DNA of 64,000 nt, from NCBI GenBank assembly GCA_024704765.1, contig JAKMXF010000006.1:62795-126794 (forward strand), given 5' to 3'. Each line of letters starts with the position of its first letter. The stretch's first letter is position 1. The notes below the pieces were generated by a model that saw only the letters and a program-made list of their open reading frames with translations, did not search any database and had not been told where the DNA came from. The translations under genes and the position numbers were made by a program. This document shows positions 37,913 through 50,500 of the stretch, piece after piece. This stretch comes from Oopsacas minuta (Eukaryota > Animalia > Porifera).

Positions 37913-40899
37913 ATATATAATATAAAAGTGTGACTCTAGCCAGGGCTATAAATCTAAGTCAATAATATTTGTAATTATTCTTCCAGAGGTGGGTTAAACT
38001 CCAGAAGGATCTAAATCGATCTCGGATAGTACTTACTTGTTGAGATCAGGTCAATAGTAAGTCGGAATATAATCATACGTATGTTGCAAAGAAATACAAG
38101 AAAAAGCTTGTAAACTAAGAGCTTACTACATTCCTATGCTCGGGACTGGTTGAATACCGTTAATAACAATTAGATGAAATCCGACCATAACCTGACCAAC
38201 CTGACTGAGTGGTTGGGTTAAGCTAAAAAACCTGACCGAGTGGTGCCATATTGGGGAAATTCAGTAACCAAAAGTGGTCAGGTTGAAACCTGACCAATGG
38301 CTAAGGCCCTGTCAGTGCGTAATAATTGATATGCTTGTATACAGATTCATGTACAAAACTCACAAATCCACTAAATAATCAACTAAAATAGGCTCTTCAT
38401 TTACCACGTTCCACTGGCAGCTGGTTCAGATGATAAGTACCCTCAAAGTACCACATGTCGTGATGTCATTGATTGCACCAAATTGCTAACATATAGCGAG
38501 ATTGTTTTGTTATCAATATTCTATAAAACACATTAAAAGTAGTAATTAATTTAAGAATATTCGAATTCTACCTATCCAGCTTTGTCAGGATACTAGGAAT
38601 TTCCTTTAATGCTGAAATAAGTGAATCCTCGTTATGCGAACTTGTAAAATCACTGTGAAGATCTAGCCATCAAGGATTGCACCCCCTCATCCTTTGACAG
38701 GGCAGTCGCATTGTCACTAATTCAGAGATAGAAACAGGAGTAAAGTTTGTAAACATAATGGTTGATATACCAAACTTACTGCTCGGGTAATATACTCATA
38801 CTTAGTTACAACCATTGGCGGGACTCTCAACCTGGGGAATTGGAGTCTATTATTACAACACAAAATCTAGATTGATTACATAAATTACTAAATTATCGCT
38901 TAAATTCATAGACTTCTTAGCTCTTAAGAGTGAGTAAGGACTCGACTGTACAACTCAGGTCCATTGTTATCTCTAAAACTATTCACTATTTTGGCATAAA
39001 ATGTATTATTGTTGAATAGGAATTTGTAGCATGTTTAGTCAGTCATCATCCACATAGGGATGTCTATTAGTTGCAAACTATTTCCAAGTCGAAAGGACGT
39101 AATCTGATTGCTTACTTAGCAAATATGTTAACAAAATGCTCCGATTTACAACATCTCATTTGTAAGAAAAAAGGACAAACTACAATTATAATGAATTATG
39201 ACTCAATATATTATTTTGTCTATAAATTGGTTGATACTGTACAATATTTGCCCACTTACTAACCAACCTACCATTACGTATATGTAATACAGAATGTGCT
39301 ATCTGGCAATGTAGGATAGTTTACTATACTGAAGTATTATAAAATAGTAGGTTCTAAGTGCATATATATGTGTGTGAGTGCTCATTTATGTAATTGGAAA
39401 TTATAATTAGTGAGTGAATAATGTTAAGAGGAGTTCTTGTATACCTTTTGATCGTTGTATTACTCGAAAAGACTGAAACTCAGACAGGTTTGTTAGAGCA
39501 ACTTTCTAAACTTAATATGAAAGGTTGAACAATTGTGAAATTGTTCAGATATATTTGCTATTCAATGACAAATTATGGGATGATGTCTTTTAGTTCATGG
39601 ACTGTTCGCGATGAGGCGATTGGTGGCTAGGGCAGGAACCAATAATTCACCAAGGATTATCCGAAACAGTGCCATGGTCATACGTTGGATATTTAGTGAT
39701 TCAATAGAGTCTCAAATACGAACCCTATTAAGTTTAGTGGTATCATCTCATCTCAATTCTTCCTTCATTATACTCAACAGGGATTCTATCATTGTTAGTA
39801 CCGAATTTCGCATTTACAAGTTTCTCATTTGTAATTTATTGTGTTTTATGAATATAAAGTAAACAAATAATTAAATGTCAAAATATCCTTAGAGACTTGC
39901 TCTCTACAGAGCGGGCAACATTGCCCATCCCGTTACGTAGCCTGACGTCAAGTTACGTAACTAAACTTCCAATCAGGCATATCGCCAAGGGAGGCTAGGG
40001 AGCTGAGACCCATGGAGAATTTTGAGCCTTCTTGTGAATTAGTTAACTTTACCTTTTCCTAATGATCATATTAGTAGTCTAAGGCCGATGACAGAAGTTC
40101 AGTTTCTCATAACTGAAGGACTTGAATTCTTCTAAGTAATTACTTCTAATTCCTCGTAAAAAGTTGTGCACGGTTCAATTTTGATTTAAAACTTAGGGCT
40201 TAGTTTGGCTAGCATGGCACCTTGACGGTGATCCGATAGATTTCTATAATCTTGTTTGAGTTATTCAATTCGACCTGTTGGTGTTGATTAATTGGTTCAA
40301 CTTTTTGTTGATTTCTTCAAATATGCTCCCAGGATCCAGAACCAGATAATTCTCATGTGTATTGTAATTTCCAAGGCAATCCTGATGCCATCCACGGTGC
40401 AGTTTTTACGCTCGCTTCGCTAGTAACTGTAATATATAGGCTAGAGCCAGTGGCGTCGTGTGACTTTGAATTCTGGGTGGGGGTCAATTCAATTATGCAA
40501 CAAGTTCTGGATGAGGGTCTATGTGCGGTGTGAACAATCAATAAGGTACAGAACCGAAACCCATTGCAAGAAATAACGTTTGATTGTCAATTAACCAAGA
40601 AAGTTGACTTTTTCTAGCCCCTTGGAGTAATGATGTGGCAAGTAAGGAGAATATTTGGAGAGTCCCGGGGCCCCCATGCACATATAGCACAATACCTCTG
40701 ATTTCGAGTAATGCTGAAATAATTTATCAACCTATAAGGTTTGAATATATATACTGTCGTGACAAGTTCCAGAAATATTCCTCTCTTGACTTTCGATATG
40801 CACCTCTACTTTTACCAAAAATTCTATACCTACCAAGCGTATATACTTGAATCGGGTGGCTCAAACATAAAATTGTTTTTCCCTTGTGTTACAGCCAAG

Positions 40900-41590
40900 A
40901 TTATATTTAAATACCTGGCCACTATACTAAAGTATAGTTGACACAGTAAAAAGTATCAACAGCATTAAATATGTCTTCGCCTGTGGTTGTGGTTGTTAGA
41001 TTTACTGAGAAGAAAAGATCATTTCGAAGTATGTATTTAGTAGTATATCGAGCGTATACAAGAGAAGTACTTCAGAAGTGATTGTGGTGCTCTCATCTAA
41101 CTGAATTGAGAAGTTATCAGACGCTCGAATTTCATTTAATAATTGTTAGCTATGCCGTCGATTCTTCTCTTTACTGTATCCGCTCATAATAGTATCACTT
41201 GTATCTTCTTGGCTGCTTCATCGCCTTGGAGTATGGATACCATTTCGATACAACAAGGCTCTATCCGCTCTTCCCCAATATTATGGGGTTTTTAGTCTTG
41301 GTAATATTGAAACTGACATGATAGGAATCCTTGGTAGCTAGTTCGAGATCTTTATTTGTCATACTAAAAGAATCCTTAATTGTAGGCTGTCTGTTTGATA
41401 CATACAGTAACCTTTTCCGCTCAAAAACTTGAATCTCCAGGTTCAATGTACTTGGGTGTTTTGTTTGTTGGTGACGTTTGAGTTTGGATGGTTTCATCGC
41501 ATCATTAGCAAGTATATTACCCCAGATTACACATTCTGGTTTCGAAACATCAACTCTTGATTCAATAAAACCAAATTTGATATATGTTGG
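40900..41590 (-). mobile_element. hAT Buster/Charlie (ZBED5-like) transposase fragment
   Basis: YIKFGFI...PECVIWGNILANDAMKPSKLKRHQQTKH (BED finger); after frameshifts FSIQLDESTT..LLVYARY...LFF..LTTTTTGEDIFNAV. Confidence 0.85.
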
Positions 41591-44500
41591 ATACTGTTCA
41601 CCCATTTACTATTCCGACTACTCTCCTGGTTATTGTTCTGTCCATGAACATGTTTACATTTCATGTGCTCCCTATATTGGTGAGTTCATTACCTTCCTTT
41701 CCCTTCTTCTTTTTCCTTTCTACCCTACCTTATCTATATTCACCATTTACTTACCTTTACCTACTGCAAATCATTTGTTTTTCTTTGCAGAGAGCGGTAC
41801 AGTGCGACTAACTGAAGGCGACAATGGCCTGGTTGAGGTTTATCTCAACGGTGGCTGGGGCTTTATCTGTGACGATGGATGGGATGGGACTGATGCTGAT
41901 GTAACCTGTCAGATATTAGGCTATCATTCAGCTACACAAAGTGATGTTGGACGCTATCATCCAGACACTGACTACAATCTACTCTACCTGAACTGTGTTG
42001 GTAGTGAGACTAGTCTACTCGACTGTACACCCAGTTACTATTCCGACTACTCTCCTAGTTATTGCTCTGCTCATGAACATGTTTACATTTCATGTGCTCC
42101 CTATATTGGTGAGTTTCATTTCCTTCTCTTACCTTTTTCATTTTTCTTTTCCCTTATCCTATCTGTATATACGGGATTTAATATGAAAAAAAAATGTTTT
42201 TCCGCTTGAGGCCATCTCAATTTAATTACAGTATATTAATGGAAGCTGGCAATTAGTGTATTCCTGATACGGTGGTCCGGCCGGACTAAATATCTTGTGA
42301 CAGTGCATACAGGCTACAGCATACAGTCTATAGTCTATACTCTATACACTTGTAACACATATACAAGTAGTTCATAAAGTGCATATATGTTCCGCGGCAA
42401 GTAGGAGTGTGAGCAAAGTAGGAATTAAATGCATTCTGAATTTTTACCGGTTGTATTTCCAACATATTTGGAAAAATGATAATTATGAATCAAATGGGGA
42501 GCGCTTCAATAGTTCGAATTTGTATGTCGTCATTTGTTCGACAAGTCTTTCCCATGTTGTAATTTGTTCGGCAAGTATTTTTGATGGTACCATTTGTACA
42601 TCTTTGCCCTGAGCGTTGGCCGGAAGTTTCATTGACCCCTACTTGTTGCTATGTGTGTTTATAACTCACTAAGAGGGTGATTGAATGGGAATTTTCTTTG
42701 ACTATCTAACTAGATTGCATTTGTAGATTATATGTGCATTTCTATCTCAATATTTGAATAACAGTTGTGGATTTTCATGGTATTATTGTTGGATCTTGGC
42801 CTTGAGAGTGGGTCGTAATATCTCCTCTGTTCCGCAATTCATAAGTCGTCTCGAGTACCAAAAGAAAGAGTTTAATTGCACAATTGCTACCAAGTGACAA
42901 ATGGACTCAAACATAGTTCCGCTACCCGAAACACATAAATGCAATCTAGTTAGATGCGGTACATCACTTCAAAAAGTGGTAACGTACATCGAAGCTGGCC
43001 TTGTATAGCCGATCTCGATCACCATCCAGTAATTTATCAATCGACGATCCCTTCTAAATTCTCCTCATCAAAGGATATCGATCCTGATCATACAATTTCT
43101 GATAGACAGTATAATCCGGTTCTTCCATTAGTTCCTAACTCAGAAACAAGAAGGAATCATAGCTATGCTTTATGCGTACACACGCACGATTAACCGAATT
43201 CTGTCGGAAAATGTGGAATTTTATGACGTCAAAAAGATGATAAAATCTCGATTTGGGTGCGGGAATTAGTTAAAACGAAGTGGTAAATTTTAGTGCCCCT
43301 TTTCGTTAAGAAAGTAACACTTCGATCGTAATTGGTTAAGAATCTATATATAAATTCTCACAAGTTAATTAACCCGCCGACTAGATGTACAAGTCCGGAA
43401 ACGGTTACAAAACGAGACTCCGCTTATGTAACCGAACAGGTTGGGCATCCGCAGGGTGACCATATGTCCTGTTATTGCTACATGTCTAAGTTCTCTTTCG
43501 TCCTATATTCAGAATTCAAACCGAGACTAGCACTCATAAATCGTATGTTTTTCTCGCTTTAGACTCTAGAATCTGCTTATAAGTATATACGCACTATTAT
43601 TTGCAATGAATTTCTGACATTTCTGAGCGTCAAAATGTTTTCTATGACCGTTGATTCATATTTTAATGTAAATTTTAATGAAATTTTGCCCAATTTGGTC
43701 TGGCAAGAAATATTTGATCCTGCCGGACCAAATATTTTAAACTTCCGGGATAGTTTCGGTTCTACCTGACCATATACATCAGTATATTTTGTCATGCCGC
43801 TGCCTGGCTGAATATTCCCCATCTAATGATACATTGTTCCCTTAATCATTTAGGGGAAGATGTTCTGGGAATATTATCCATGTCCACTAGGGATTTGTGG
43901 TCCCCGAACATTATACAATAGGGAAGATGCTTCTAAGAGCTATCAAAATGTGAATCTGCATGCAAAATATGTAAATCTAAGCGGATTACGTCATTACACA
44001 AGAGGAATTGGTACAAATTTAACGAGTTCCAACATCAAAGTATAACACGTATCATAAATGCTATAGACTCTGATCTCCTATGGCATATATAGAAAGTGAT
44101 TTAACTAGTGCGAACAAACAGTTCCCAACATCAGATTCCTTAGAGAGAACATTACAAGACTGGCAAAATTCAGAATATTTTCGTAATAATTTTATCACTA
44201 AATAATTGTAATATATCAAATATCTGATTTGTCCGCGAATATAAAATGCAACACAGCCAACATTACGTCATAATTCCAATATATGTAATATATAATTTGT
44301 TTCAAATACTCTTTAGGATTTCGTTGGTTGAGCGTAAGTTATATATTCAGTGAGTATCAAGGTTGCCAACCTTAAGTCGTTCGTTACCGTTTCAAAATTC
44401 GATATAGTTACAGGTTACCCCCTAGATATATTAGCTTCCGCAGTCACTGAAAACAGGATCTGTGTATCTTGATAGAATTTTTTGTAGAACTTTGATCAAA

Positions 44501-47500
44501 TTTTCTTATGTCGAACTTTGATCGAATGATGAAAAAGGCAAATTTTGATCAAAGTTCTACTAAAATGTCTCCAGTCGAATTTTGATCGAAATGAGAACTT
44601 TCATCGAAAATGGATAAAATACAACAAAAAATCCAACGATACGCCATTTTACAAAGATTAATAATAATCAATCCAAAGAACTCCATCCAATCATAAAATT
44701 AGCATAGATTCCACACTCCCGTCCTTTAGTAGCTAATAACCAACACAAATAAATACTCCCAGAGCCATAAGGTAGCGAAGTAAATCCCTAATCCCCTCCC
44801 AATGGTACTCTTTCTAACTAATAAAATATAAAGGGAGTGTGAGATTTATGCTAATTTTATGATTGGATGAAGTTTTGTTGGATTGATTATTATTAATCTT
44901 TGTAAAATGGCGTATCGTTGGATTTTTTTGTTGTATTTTCTCCATTTTCGATGAAAGTTCTCATTTTCGATCAAAATTCTACAACTTTTCGATCAAAGTT
45001 CGACTGGAGACATTTTGGTAGAACTTTGATCAAAATTTGCCTTTTTCATCACTCGATCAAAGTTCGACATAAGAAAATTTGATCAAAGTTCTACAAAAAT
45101 TCTATTAAAATATACAGATGCTGAAAACAGCAGTGGCATTTTGTTATTACAGTCTGTTATTATAGCACCTTCATATGGTTGTGATGCTATAACAAATGGT
45201 GGCACTTGTTTCAGTTACTTTACTACAAGTAGTGGAGTTAGCTGGGAAAATGCTAGACAACGATGTAACTCATGGGGTTATGATCTAGCTACAGTGACAA
45301 GTTCACAAGAGAATTCTCTACTGTATAATACAAGATCTAGCTCAAGCTCAGCTGATTGTTGGATTGGACTTCATGATTTACACAGTGAAGGATCATATGT
45401 TTGGTCTGGTGGTAGCTATAGTTCGTATAGAAATTGGAATGATGGTGAACCTAATAATTTATACGATGAAGATTGTGTGCACTTCTTTGATAGTATATAT
45501 TGGAATGATCTCCTCTGTACTCTCACACTTAACTGTTACTTTTGTAGTGCTAATGGTAAGAACACAATATAGATAGTTACGTAACTTAGCGGTTATGTCT
45601 GTAATGCCAATTCCGAATATAATATTTTCAACAACAATGCGATACTTTGTTGGTTTTCTTGTGTGAATGGAATAAGTACTCAAATTTCTGATTTCCTAGG
45701 CAAAGGTGGGCACAGTAAATTTAACTCAGATGTTCGTTAATATGGAAGTGATAGTTAAAGCGTTAACGTTAACATATATTATATAAATGTAGCGGGGTTC
45801 AAATAGGACTTAACTGAAATAGACGATTGTTAGTTAGTAATAATAATATCCGAGGTTACCTAGTACAAGATTTGTAATATATCTAACTACCAATATCATT
45901 GTGGGAATCCGATGAATCTACAATTACAGGTATAATCAAAGAGTTACTATAAATACTAATTAATGTGATACTGTCATCAGGGCCCAGCAGAGTAGCGATA
46001 TTACAAGATTATTATCTATAGACTAAATCACTGTAAGCTACTAAGTTGAATCCGCTATACAAACAACAAAAATGCTGTCTTTTTTTGCTCTAAAACACCT
46101 ATAAAATGAGGATTTGTTGGTTATTTTAGATATGTCTGCTCGCACAACTTTGATATGGAATATTTATTATTTACTGAATAATACGGGATAAGAGATTGTT
46201 AAAAGGAAAGCAAACTTGAATTAACATATTGAAATAAGTCTGATATTAAATTGAAACTGAAAGTTTTAATGAAAATTCGAATCCGGTAATTAACGGATGA
46301 ACGGTTTAGTGTCCAGCTTTTGATCCTATGTATTTTAAAGGTGGAGGCACGTTTGTGGACACGATGTGTAAGCAACCGTTGTAGTGTTAGCAAATTGCAC
46401 TTTTGCACTGTGTATATAATATGAGATGTATAGTATTATTTAAATGATTGTTCTTGTGTGTTTTAGTGAACCAATTTGGGCGAATCCAATATTCAAGAAA
46501 CTACCTACCATTACTTGACGATACAGTTCTAACATCAGACACTACTCTATTCTGTATTACAGAGAATAAGTACACTCCACAAGTTGTATGGAGTTATCAG
46601 GATCTAGCTAAGAGTACTACATCTACTCTCACAAGTTATACATCTAGTACTACAGGTGTTAGTTCTCTACGAGTATACATCAGTAGACCAGGATACTATT
46701 CTTGTAGAGTTAAGGTGAATGGAGGGAGTTATAAAACTTATACTGCTCTTATAGCTGATGATCTATCCACAGGTATTTCGAATATTCATAATCTTTTAAG
46801 AATCTTGTGCATATATGTCTTTCAAAATGAAGCTGAGTCGTTTCAATGACCAGCAGGTTCAAGGGTGGCACCAGATCCACTGAGAGGGGGAGCGGGACAA
46901 ATTCGAGGGGCCCTTTAAGAACTTGTAATAGGCTGACTAGCAAACCTAAATGGAATTCACAAACTTTCATAGTCTATTGCCACAATTAGTGTAAAATTGT
47001 GTATCATGACCACACTTGAGCCTGCATTAGGGCTAAGTTTGGTCATGGTTATTGGTTAAGTTTGCTCAAAGTGGTGACAGAATATCAACTTGTGCATAGA
47101 TTGCTGTAATATCTCTCTGTCACCAAATTATGGGTAAGTTTGATGATAAGACATCAAGTTGAGAAACCCTCTTATTATATAATATATCGAGATGTATTTG
47201 ACTTGGTTAATCTATATGTTTTGACGGTTGTATCAACAAAATTGCAAAGATGTCAACTCTCACTGCAAATTCGTGAGTCCGACAGATTTTAATGGCTCTA
47301 AATCTAAAGGGTATAATTCCTATAATCTATGCTAGCCTAGATTATATTCGGGTTAAACTGGGTCTGGAGGTAATTCTAGGCTGTTACACCGACACTTTTT
47401 GGAATGGTAACTAATGATCCTATACAAATTTAGCCTCACGTCCGACATATATGTCGTTCAAGGCTTCTGGATTACCACTATTACGTGCACGTCCAGATCT

Positions 47501-50500
47501 CAGAGGCTCCACTGTATGAGATATTGCATCATATACTCTCCTATTGACATGCAGTAAAAAAAGAAATTGAGATTCGTGGTCAAGTAGAAGACTTCAGTCG
47601 CTACAAATTCGGTCGTCCCAGTTCCCAAATTTTAACTCAGCTGCCTTGAGTGGCACGTACCGACAAAAAATGGCCCTGGTTGAGCATATCATGTTTTTGT
47701 TTTGTATTTGCATCAATCAATTGTTATAAAGCAACACTTACACATGCACATGCATATACATATATTTTCTACTAGCTGATGGTACTCTTCGTCTGTACGA
47801 TGGATCCACAGAAAATGAAGGTATACTAGAAATCTTTCACGATAATCGCTGGGGTTCTATTTGTGATCACAGTTGGGACTCAAGAGATAGCAAAGTTGCT
47901 TGTAAACAGATGGGTTTTCCAGGATATAATACGTATTATACTTCATGGAGAATAACAAACATCTACTGGCTGGATCATATTAGATGTAGTGGAAATGAAG
48001 CATCTATAGCTGATTGTTCTCATTATGGATGGAGAGATGGTCATTGTTCAAGTAATGAAGGTGTTTATCTTAAATGCTATCCTGCAGGTATGTTCAGACA
48101 AATAGACAACAAATATGGATTCGTATATATCAATTCGATAACCAGAATATAGAATAATGAAATTAGCAAATATCATTTGGTAAAGCAATATTTGAATATA
48201 AATATTCTCAGTTACTTACTGTTTCCAAATAATTCTCGATTCAATCTATAATATTCATTATTTATACCTACTTTAGTAACCTTCGGAAGAATGGTCGGTG
48301 AAGCGGTAGATCCATTAGACAATTTCCAAACTCTACAACAAAGTACTACACTCTATTGTTCGACAGATGTCAACACCAACACAGTAAGAATAGGATGGAG
48401 CTTCACAGCATTCGGACAAGAAATAGAAGAGTCGTTGACTTATTCAGCTGAATGGGAATTAGCTTATGGTATGAGCAAGTTGGATATCAGTACATCAAAG
48501 TTAGGATACTACTCTTGTTATACAAGTAAAGGGGATGTTTCAAAGAAATATACTATTAAGCTAACTCAACCATCTTTGGAAAAAGGTAATGTAACATTAT
48601 TTCTGGTAATAAATGAATATGGTTACTACAGTATATATCGATTATACATATTATAACATTCTAGGTTGTCAAGGAGGATACTGTTTCGGAGTATTCAGAA
48701 CAGATACAGCAATCAATTGGGCTACTGCTCAATCAAACTGTATGTCATGGGGAGGAGATCTAGCTTCCGTCCGGTCCATAGGAGAAGAGAAATACATTCT
48801 GAGTCTAGGAGACTCAGATTATGGATCTTGTTGGATAGGACATCATGATAGATACAATGAAGCTGGTAATAATGCTAGTCTATTCGTGTCTGTAGGAGGG
48901 AGTAACAGTTTCTACAGGAACTTCTATACAAATGAACCTAATGAGAATGATAACGAAGATTGTGTTATGTTAAGAGATTGGAATGAAGGAGGATGGAATG
49001 TTACATCTTGTGACAGAACACTTAGTTGTTATGTTTGTGGGAAACCAAGTATGTTACATAAATCTAGACAATAAAATGTGATCAGAAATTCCATACTCTA
49101 TGTGTTTGCATACTCAGACACATTATTTGGATCTCAATGAGTGTCTGTTTACCCAGATTCAATTTCATTCACTGGGGCGTAACTAGAGATCCCAGATTGA
49201 GGAGGCAAGGATGAATATTTGCCTCAATATAATGGCGATTAACAATAGGAAGATGAGGCAACGCCCGAAGAGGCGAGGAGCCAATTGCTTCCTCTGTCTC
49301 AATTGTAGTTACGCCCTAGATTCATAATACATTTGGGTAAATAAGCCAAATACGCAATCTACATTTAGTAATTCATTTATGTATGCAATTTGTAGATTGC
49401 AAAGATGGATCTTGCTTTGAAGTATTAACACATAATACATCAATAAACTGGTATTCAGCACTAAATCAGTGTGAACAAAAAGGAGGTTCTCTTGCTTCAA
49501 TAAGATCAGAACCTGAAGAAAAGTTCATACTAAATTTGATGACAGAATCTAGTAGTCAATGTTGGATAGGATTGAATGATCGTAACAGTGAAGCTAACAC
49601 AAATCCAAACATGTTTGTTTGGGAAGATGGTAACCAAGCAGTTTATAGACATTTTAGGAATGAGACAGTAAACTCCATTACAGATTGTGTGGTATTATCT
49701 CGTGATGATGGTACTTGGTTGAGTACTAACTGTGATGTTAATCAATCTTGCTCAATTTGTAAAGGAGCAGGTTAGTTCAAATTCATTATTAATTCAATAA
49801 ATTTTACATCAATAGAAATTTGTTATAGGTTGTGGGGAAATTACAGTGTATATTCTGAGGTTTGTAAGAATATGAGGTTATATTTCTGACATACACACAT
49901 TATAGTAGTTATAGCAATCATTCCAAAACTGACCCACGATAGCAGGGGTGGGCAAAAAGGTTAGCTTTCAGGCAGCAGTGAAATTAGGAGCCGACTTGGA
50001 GGGCCACAAAACTTGAGGATGTTTTCTATACCATGATTATATCCAGGTGAACTTGCAAGTTGTTTTCAGTTTATTACAAAAAACATTCCCATTCTAAGTC
50101 ACCGAAATACGTAGTTTTTTTATATATTGCCTCGAATTAGAAAGCCGTTATAGAAAGGTAGGGTTATATATGGAAGAATATAATATACCTCAAGTCAATG
50201 AAGGCTAAGAGTGTCAGAATAATTCTTTGGGTCGCATTCATGCCCTTTTCAAACTAACCCTGATGGCCGCATAAATTTAGCGAGCGGGCTTCATGCAGCC
50301 GCACTTTGCCCATATGTGCACTATAGTATAATCAACATGTTACTTTGGATACCATATTTGTAGATATCTGTACAACTGGATATGAATTCATCACTGAACA
50401 ATACGATTGTTTGGATATCAATGAGTGTAATGTAGCAAATGATTGTGAACAGATTTGTACCAATACAGAAGGAAATTACTTCTGTTCATGTAGAGAGAGA

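Noticed and set aside
42700-43150. Possible Gypsy integrase-like relic on the minus strand in the receptor intron
   Set aside because: Only vague similarity, no full catalytic or zinc-binding motif.
44470-45110. Regularly recurring ttgatcaaa/ttcgatc units resembling a CRISPR-like array
   Set aside because: They are subrepeats of foldback TIR arms with mirror symmetry and a 9-bp TSD; no unique spacers; eukaryotic context.
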